Source: Octopus vulgaris (taxonomy: Eukaryota). From it: a stretch of DNA of 64,000 nucleotides. Made by a program: the position numbers and the translations under genes. The notes beneath the pieces were generated by a model. The model saw only the letters and a program-made list of their open reading frames with translations. It had not been told where the DNA came from and did not search any database. The first letter of the stretch is position 1. Every line of letters begins with the position of its first letter. The stretch lies in the NCBI GenBank assembly GCA_951406725.2, contig OX597814.1, forward strand, positions 64,604,001 through 64,668,000. Direction: 5' to 3'. Positions 55,180-64,000 of this stretch are shown one piece after another.

Positions 55180-55527
55180 ATGGAAAGTGGTTCCCACATA
55201 AAATTCAAGAGCGGATCCCTTTTCAAAATAAATGCAGATATGAACTACAAAACGCAAAACCTCATATACTGCATTACCTGCCCAAACCGCAAAGAAAATT
55301 ACATCGGCGAAGCAAATACTTCCCTCTGCCAACGAGCAAGAATCCACAGGCAACATATCCGAGAAGAAGAATTACGCAAGATTCCATTAAGTAAGCATCT
55401 GGAAATATGCGACAACGGAAAATTCAAAATTTTTCCTTTTTACAAATCTGCACGGGACGATCCGCAATACTGAAAAGCAATGGAACTACATTTCATCAAA
55501 AAATTCTCTCCAAAGTTGAATCTCTGA
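55180..55527 (+). pseudogene. Penelope-like GIY-YIG endonuclease C-terminal remnant
   Basis: NLIYCITCPNRKENYIGE...L.QR..IH..HI....PLSKH..C...*KAMELHFIKKFSPKLNL*: LIY..YIG with conserved R, H, E, N; one premature stop. Confidence 0.88.
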
Positions 55528-55869
55528 AAGAAAAGCAGAGATAGTACGTTTTCTAAGTGTTATACTAATGTTCTCTAACGCAAAATCATGGAATTGAAAG
55601 AGGCGTGATCGACGTTACACAGTATAGACATGGAAATATTCCCAACCATACACATACGCGCTCGCACACGTACACACACGCGCACGCACACACACACACA
55701 CACACTCATACACACACACATACACACACGCTTCATCAAGGAATCCTCCCTAAAATTGAATGTTTGGGGGTAAAGTGGTGAATTGTGAATTTTTTAATCC
55801 AAATGTGGCTCATCTCTACAAGTGTTCAGAGATATATATATGTGTGTGTGTATGTGTGTGTGTGTCTTT

Positions 55870-56930
55870 GTAACTATGGCAAACTACACCATTAGTAGTC
55901 CTCATGTCTTCAAATGATGTAGCTCCTGTTATATGAAAGCACTCAGATAGACTCACTCTTGTTCCTTTGGTGAAACAAAGTAGATACGTCCAATTGAGTG
56001 TGTAATATTTTTTCTGAGATGCATATTCCATATGTAAAATTCAGGGAAATCAGTATAGTGTAATGTACGAGCAAATGAGTTAGCTGGTGATTCCCGGTTA
56101 ACTCATATCAATGAGAGTGGACCAGTCATGTGTGTGGATAACATGTTCAATATTATCATCGTCATTAAAGTAAATGTATTGCTGATGGGATACATGAACT
56201 GTAAGCTTTTGGACTGCAGGATATGAACCATGTAATTTGGACCCTAAAATCCTCCAGACTGCCTCTAATGTGGATACATAGCGGTCATTGATATAATTTT
56301 CAATTTCATCTTTGTGTGTTTGTCATGCTAATGTGTTTGTCCACTAATATTGATTATCACCCGATCATGACCTTTATGAATATATTTGCTAATATATTTA
56401 TCTGATTTTACAGATGCACATATCACTATATTACAATGACCTCCATATTTGATTAAAAAGAAGGGGGGAAATGGTACTATTAGACGAGTATCTAATTCAA
56501 TATTAGACTTTGTAAATATTTCGACGTCGGTAAAGTGGATAGCCATTATAACTGTGTAACGTATTTTCTTGAAAGTCTTTAAGGAAATGATTTTTACATT
56601 TCCCATCAACCATACATGTTGCTCTGGGTTTCTCTTCCACATGGTCCATGTAGCACGCTTTTGGTTGTGTTTGTGAATGTGGAAGTTCTGTATAAACAAA
56701 TTTATCATAATGTTCTGGATCTTTTTTTAATATGAACAACATATGACAACGGAGTAGTCCACATTTTTGAAACTCTATAGTCCACATGTACCCTGCAACC
56801 TCTCACAAAACAGTCTTCTCAAAAATATCATGCAAGAGTTCCCTAAGTTACATATTAAATACTCTGTCAGTTAAATCTGGTCCCTCAGCTGGTGTCTGTC
56901 CTGGATAAAGTTCGTCTGTGATACCGGTCG
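55870..56930 (-). mobile_element. Helitron Rep (HUH) domain pseudogene
   Basis: GPDLTDRVF, IEFQKCGLLRCHML (HUH motif, degenerate), HCNIVICASVKSDKYISKYIHKGHDR (catalytic Tyr motif), GATSFEDMRTTNG; frameshifted. Confidence 0.9.
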
Positions 56931-57153
56931 AGCAACGAATATTCTGACATAAATGAAAAATCAAATTACGGAGATGTACTTGCATAGCAAGTGACTTGAT
57001 GTAAAATCGTGTGCTAAAAAAAAAAACAATTGCAGCGTGGAAGATGATTGTCAGTGAACAGGTCGCAATTTCAGAACGACGAAAATAATTTGACACAAAT
57101 TGAACTTAAATGCTGAAGTGAATCTAACGGTTTTCCTTGAATGGCTAACAAAT

Positions 57154-57200
<47 letters not shown>

Positions 57201-57204
57201 TTAG

Positions 57205-57382
57205 CTCCTACACGCAATTTTTTTTCTCTCCTTGTTTCTTTTCTGTGTATCTTTCTGTCGAAGAGCGTAGGCTCGAAACGTAAAAGACTTGTTTTATTTC
57301 TATTCCTGAGCGCCATACTAATACATTGTTTATTTGTACTCCACCTGCCTTCATCTTTTGTTTATTTTCGTAAACCTTCCCG

Positions 57383-57385
<3 letters not shown>
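57205..57385 (+). mobile_element. Penelope-like pLTR relic with minimal hammerhead (57250-57287)
   Basis: tcttt-CTGTCGA-A-gagc-gtag-gctc-GAAA-CG-T-A-aaaga; (TA)n on both sides. Confidence 0.72.
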
Positions 57386-57448
<63 letters not shown>

Positions 57449-57766
57449 TCAACTTCATCATAAAGAAAAAAAAAACGAGAAATTGCAGAATCGCAGCTCT
57501 CCTTGTAAAATGCACCTTTTTGAAAAACTTTTTTCGGATTCCTAGGTTGTAGATGTCGGAAATTACGAACATGCAAAAAAAATATAAATAAATAAAAAAC
57601 ACCTTGTCCCCACACACCGCCCAACTTAAAACTTTGAACTCTTTCGGAATTTTTTTAAAACACCTTTTCCAAATTTAAAATTCCCACGTCCACCTCTCCT
57701 TCTCCCAAATTAACATTTTTTCAAATTTCGCCCCGACTCTCCGCACATACGCACATACGCACATAC

Positions 57767-57833
<67 letters not shown>

Positions 57834-58458
57834 CGAGAGATATCAATAAACGGTAGGGATAGATAGATGGACAAATAAATAAATGGATGAATAAGTTCAA
57901 AATTTAAAATTGGGGATGGGTGAAATTTGAGCCCCTTATTAAACTTTATAACACTAAGTATTAAATATATTAATGTTTGTTTCTTATTATTTACGATTAA
58001 GGCAAACACAACAAAAACGCAAATTCGTTTCACTTAAACGTGTTTGTCTATATTTAAATTCAATTTACATATGTTCGTCAATTTGCTACGATCTTTTTAA
58101 AGTAAACAAAATCAAAGTTTTAAACTGGGGGTGGGGGTGAAATCTGAAAAGGTGTTTTTTTTTTTGGCATATTCGTAATATCCGACGTAGAGTAAACACT
58201 ATGCAATAAATATTTCTAGATGCCTTACATCACAAAAGCAAATCAAATTGTATGAATAGAACGTAAGATTGATACGCGAGGAAAAAATTTTAAATAGCCT
58301 TGACTGTAATTTCTGTCTTCGGGCATGAGCATAGACATGTACTCCGGCCTGGAAAACGCGATAACCGGTTAATGTGTATCACTGGGCATGCGTAACAGGA
58401 CATACAGAGAAACACCTTTTCTGTTAAATATATTACTCATGATCCGATACATACATAC

Positions 58459-58509
<51 letters not shown>

Positions 58510-59483
58510 TATATAATGTTACGTACACACACACACTCATACACATATATTCTTTTATTCTTTTACTTGTTTCAACCATTTGACAGCGGCTATGCTGCAG
58601 CACCACTTTAAAGGGGGTTAGTCGAAAAACTCGACTCCCACATATACATATTATATCATGTATATATACCTACATATATTATATATCATAACTATATCGA
58701 TTCTACATATAGATTCCACAGATTGATACCGACCAGCAGAATTCGAAATTTGAACGCAGAGATATCACAAAACACCACATGCCATTTTTATATAAAACCT
58801 ACCCGATTCTTCTACCCACTGCCATGATACAGAATAAATACATAACCATTACGACCATGACTATCATCACCTCCGCCAATAGTCCTTATATCCTCTTTAA
58901 CTTCAACAACCGAAGCAATATCCCAGGTGGCGCTATAGACAGTTGATGTCACTCATCTGTAATAAATGGACATAAGCTAACTATATATTGAAAAGAAAAG
59001 ATAAAATAAAGCATGAACAATAAAAAAATAACAAAAATATTAATGATAATAATAACAACAACAACAATAACACATCATGAACTAACTAAAAATAAAAAAA
59101 AAACAGATTAACATCATAAGGCGGAGTAAGAGAAGGAAGAAAGCAGAAACGAAGCTGTGATTTCTGCGAATTCTCTTTGAAGGTCAAATAAGGTCAAGAG
59201 GTATTTCTTGTTCTGCCGTGTATTTCTTTCTCTTTTCCCCTTTTCTTTTATTTCAGTGAAGTAAAAGAAGTAGGACCTGAATGCCAACGCCTTGTCATGG
59301 TTTGGAGTTGACCACCACCCGCCCAGAGGCGAATGACGGCGACGCTCTTCAACCCGCAATGGCCCTTCTAGCAGTTTTCATGTAACCTCCCTTGTCTACA
59401 AATAGATTCGCCGTTAAAGAGTAATGCTGACGTTGGTTTCCAGGATATATATATATGTGGATAGACATATATATATATACATA

Positions 59484-59590
<107 letters not shown>

Positions 59591-59694
59591 TATGTATATA
59601 TATATATATATATATACACATATATATGTATATATATATGTGTGTGGGTGTGCCTGTGTGTGTATGTGTGTATGTGTACTCTCGTGTATTACAT

Positions 59695-59739
<45 letters not shown>

Positions 59740-59767
59740 ATATAGTAGATGTGTGTACGTATTGGTC

Positions 59768-59846
<79 letters not shown>

Positions 59847-61149
59847 GGATTCAGAAATATACATGTATATATGCAAGAAAACTTTGTGCGTGTGTTTATG
59901 GATTATTACGTTGTGACAGTGCCCAGACAATGTTTTGTTTCCCGGGTGTAATAATATATTATAAGGTAGTATAGTGCAATGTAAGAATGATATAGAAACA
60001 TACTAGAATGTAGTATAGTAGTTGGAGTGGTTCCAATATGTTCGTGCTTCAATGTGTTTCATTATTTCCACGTAAACTGTTTAGGTTTTGTTATTCTCGA
60101 TTGAGATTATAGAGACCACGTGGATGTCGTTCCATGGCTAGTCTGTTGTTAAAGGAGTGTCAAAGGAAAATACTGGATCAGCTCTCCAAACACACAGTGT
60201 CTTGCACATATACAGTCTCACACACGCATGTTCAGGTCCTGTCGTTCTGTCTCTACCACATAAACGTAGGGAGGCAACCCTCCTTTTCTCTCTCTTATGC
60301 TCACACACACACATGTAAACGTACGGACAGTCGCGTGCGCAAGCACGTTCGACATTCACATCGCACAGGCATCGACAAACGACTAAAAATATAGCCAGAG
60401 GCCTTCTGGATGGACATCAACCGAAAGGAAGGGCAGCGGTAGGTAGTAGGCAATAGACCTCATATCAGTCATGCCAGGTGAGGGAGCGGCGTGGAGGAAG
60501 GTAGAACAACGACGTGAGGAGGTAAGGACAACACTGAACGCTGTGGGAGTGTTGGTGTAGATGAGACTGAACAAGCAATGGTGGGTGAGGGGAAAGTGGA
60601 GGCGGGTGACCGGGTAGGGAGTCAGTGAGAGAGAAAAAAATGAACGGAAGGGTCGTTGGGTAAGGACGGTTAGATATAAGGAGGGTTAGGTAGGTATTAG
60701 GAGGTAGGCGGTATAGTGAATGGAGCGATGATGGGGCATGTAAGAGAAAGCCTCTTGTTACTTTTCGATTTCAAGTCATTGTACACAGCTTCCCTGCTGG
60801 TTGATAAGACACAAGAAAAGATTCTTCACATTTCTCTCCTCCTCTTCCTCCCACTCTCCCCACACCCGCCATTCAATATTACGGATGCCATATTGCTTTC
60901 AGTAAAGCATTCTTTTTGTTTGTCTGTTCTTGCTTCTCTTTAACGTACTTCATTTTTTTTTCCATTTGTAAATCCGCCTCCTACCATCCCTTCCAACGTA
61001 CGCTCTATTTATTCTACTTTTGATCTGGTTAACAATTTTTATTTCAATCTATTACATTTGATTGCAGAAACTATAATAGTAGTAATATTAACAATAAAAA
61101 CAGCAGGAAAATAATATCAATAACAACGACGCCAATAATAACGATCATA

Positions 61150-61340
61150 ATCCTTTCTGCTAAAGGCACAAGGACTGAAATTTTGTGGTGAGAGGACTAG
61201 TAGGTTACATCAAACCCAGTGTTTCACTGGTACTTAATTTATTGACCCCGAGAGGATGAAAGGCAAAGTCGACCTCGGCGTAATTTGAACTCAGAACTTA
61301 AAGATTTTGCCCGCCGTGCTAACGATTCTGCTACTCACAG
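61150..61340 (-). mobile_element. SINE family B
   Basis: ggatgaaaggcaaagtcgacctcggcgtaatttgaactcag; another degenerate copy at ~63365-63505. Confidence 0.8.
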
Positions 61341-61342
61341 TC

Positions 61343-61410
<68 letters not shown>

Positions 61411-61476
61411 TAAAAATAACAACAACAACAACAACAATAATAATAATAATTGTTATCATCATCATCATCATCATCA

Positions 61477-63150
61477 TTTTCTTTGCACAGCTTCTAACGC
61501 TGGAGATGTATTACGGTATCAGCTGTTCACTACCAGTGAACTAAGAAAACACCTCTTATTTTTCGAGCACCTTCCGGAGTATTCGAGCGGTTCCAAGCAG
61601 TGCTGTTTTCTGCAAGTGCTCCACCTTTATTGCAGCCCCTGTTTGTTCCGTGTACTTCTCAAGATTTTTACTCACTGTTCTCGGGGCTCCCACAAATATT
61701 GGTACTACTACCACCTTTTTCATCAACCACAACTGCTTAACCCCCACCCAAGCTAACCTGTCATGTCTATCGACTTTTCTTTCTTCCTTATCACATACCT
61801 TGTTGTCAGCTGGGCATGCTATATCTATGATCCCGCATAGTTTACTTTCTTTCTCAATTAAGACTATGTCTGGCTTCTTATTCTCTATCTCATGGTCGCA
61901 CTGAATCAGAAAATCCCACAGGATCTTTGCATTATCATTTTCGATGATGCCTTCGGGTTTGTGGTCGTACCAATTTTTTGCTCTGTCAAGTCCATACTTG
62001 TTGTAAAGTGTCCAATGGACAAACCTTGCTATATTGTCGTGGCGTCTCTTATACTCCTTCTGGGCTAGCGGCGTATATTATTTGGTAATATGCCATACAG
62101 TTTCACTATTTTGTCCACAGATTCTGCACTTATCACTTTCTGATGTGTTGTATATTCTGTATTTTATGTAGTTTGGTCTTAGCGCTTGGTCTTGGGCAGC
62201 ACAGTTAGAGCCTCTGTTTCCGGTTTTAAATCACTTTTAGTCATCCGCAGCCATCTTTTTTCTCAGTCTTATCTTCAACATCCCTATGAAATTATCCATG
62301 TATTCTTTTCTTTACCCACTTGTTTTCAGTTTCATTCGTTTTCAATTTCTTGCATAGTGCTTTATCTTTTGTAATCTTTCATTCTACGCAAGCCTGACCT
62401 TCTTACTTCTAACAATAACGGTTCTGTGGCATTTTTTACATACCATGCTATGCTGTTACCTTCTGCTCTAGTGCGGTGTTCGCATCCAATAAGTCCACTT
62501 CCCCATCTTTTTCTTGGTACATATAGTCTGTATGTGTCACTTTTTGGGTGGAGTGTCCCATATCTAGTTTGCAACTTCCTTGTCTTTCTGTCTAAGCTGT
62601 TTAGTTAGCCTACTGTCCATGCGATTACTCCTGCTCCATATCTAAGGAGTGAAACCGCCCAGGTGACGATAGCTTCAATCTTATTCCGTTCGTTTAATTT
62701 CGACTTAAGGATCAGTCTCAGTCTGCAAAAGTACTCCGCCTTAAATTTTTCTGTCATTTCTTTCTCCATTGCCAATATCCCCAAGTACTTATAGCCCGTC
62801 TCTTTTATCTGCTTCATAACCTCCCCCGACGGTATCGATAGCCCGTCCATACATTTGATTTTGCCTCTCTTCAAGACTAACAGACCTCACTTTCTCAGTT
62901 CGAACTCCACTCTGATATCAGTACTGAATGTATACACCGTACCAACGAGGGAACTGACTTGGGTTTCATCTTTACCATAAAATTTGAGGTCATCTATGAA
63001 TAACAAATGGTTGACGTTTTCTTAGCGGCTCTTGAATACATTGACAGCCTTTGCTTTCCTCAGAATCAGTATTAGTGGTATCAAGCACAGTACAAAGATC
63101 ACTGGGGACAGGCAATCCCCTTGGAAGATGCCCCTCCTAATTTCTACTGT
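61477..63150 (-). mobile_element. 5'-truncated R4/Dong-type LINE (RT C-half plus RLE), degenerate
   Basis: RRGIFQGDCLSP, NHLLFIDDLK, YKYLGI, RHDNIA, ILWDF..KPDIV..IDIACP, LQKTALLGTARILRKVL; flanked by (TAA)n/(CAT)n. Confidence 0.92.
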
Positions 63151-63165
63151 CATTATCATCATCAT

Positions 63166-63216
<51 letters not shown>

Positions 63217-63227
63217 CATCATCATTG

Positions 63228-63342
<115 letters not shown>

Positions 63343-63589
63343 CATTATTATTATTATTATTACTTCAAACTATGGTACGAGGCCAGCAATTTTAGGGGAG
63401 GAGATTAGTCTATTGCTGCAATCCCAGTATTTAATGAATATATTATTTTATCGACACCGAAAACATGAAAGGCCCAGTTGACCTCGATGAAGTTTCAACT
63501 TAGGGCATAATAATGATGATAATAAAATAACAATAATGTCAAAAATAATTTAAAATATCTGAGTTAGGGCGGTACAATACATTGTACTA

Positions 63590-64000
63590 TGGGGTTACAG
63601 AAACGCATGTAAAGATTAAGATAACAAAATCAAACAAACAAACAATGCAAACAAGAAATAATTCCTCGAAATAATTTCTGGTGGTGGGGTTCTGGAAGAT
63701 GTGCACATCCCATAGAACCATGGTTAAAATGATCACCAAGATAAGTGGCTTTTCGCTCTCTTTCTCCACTAATCTATAAACACTTTCTCAGGGTAGGCTC
63801 GCTCACTCTGAACACTCTTGTCATGCCTCATGTACCTTTTAACAAATTTGCTGGAAGGCAGCACTTAATCTCTCCACTGTCACTTTCATTTTCAATTGAA
63901 ACTTGAAAAACTGATTAGGGCCAGGCGAAAGAGGACGGTATTTGTCTTTCTACCTGGTCCACCACAGAACCTCTTTCGCTAAGACCAACTGACAGAAAAA
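63590..64000 (-). mobile_element. Tx1/L1-like LINE ORF2 3' end
   Basis: Minus strand LAKEVLWWTR...FFKFQLKMKVTVER resembles the Tx1/L1 C-terminal region, followed by a T-rich 3' UTR. Confidence 0.5.

Noticed and set aside
57445-58445. Possible Helitron 5' region belonging to the Rep relic
   Set aside because: Has an internal inverted segment and a TC-like minus-strand start, but the link to the Rep relic could not be established.

Overview
Gene-free, repeat-saturated metazoan DNA. The SINE families and extreme microsatellite density suggest an octopus (inference). No host protein-coding gene is supported, and nearly all listed ORFs are microsatellite translations. The dominant feature is a young 15-kb array (36173-51243) of 31 near-identical ~481-bp units plus a partial unit. 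Each unit carries a type I hammerhead ribozyme. A 510-bp inverted copy (35659-36168) precedes it, so the two arms diverge head-to-head and both 3' ends run into (TA)n. This looks like a Penelope-pLTR-derived, retrozyme-like self-cleaving RNA element amplified in place. About eight further, sequence-distinct hammerhead relics and several fold-back inverted repeats lie in or near (TA)n tracts, alongside GIY-YIG remnants. Also present: a CR1-type LINE whose RT is broken by a (TTAGGG)n insertion; three R4/Dong-type RLE LINE copies in (TAA)n; Helitrons; Tc1/mariner relics, one with an inserted ITS1-5.8S rDNA fragment; a 5S rRNA fragment; a Tx1-like 3' end; and many tRNA-derived SINEs. Coordinates of degenerate elements are approximate.
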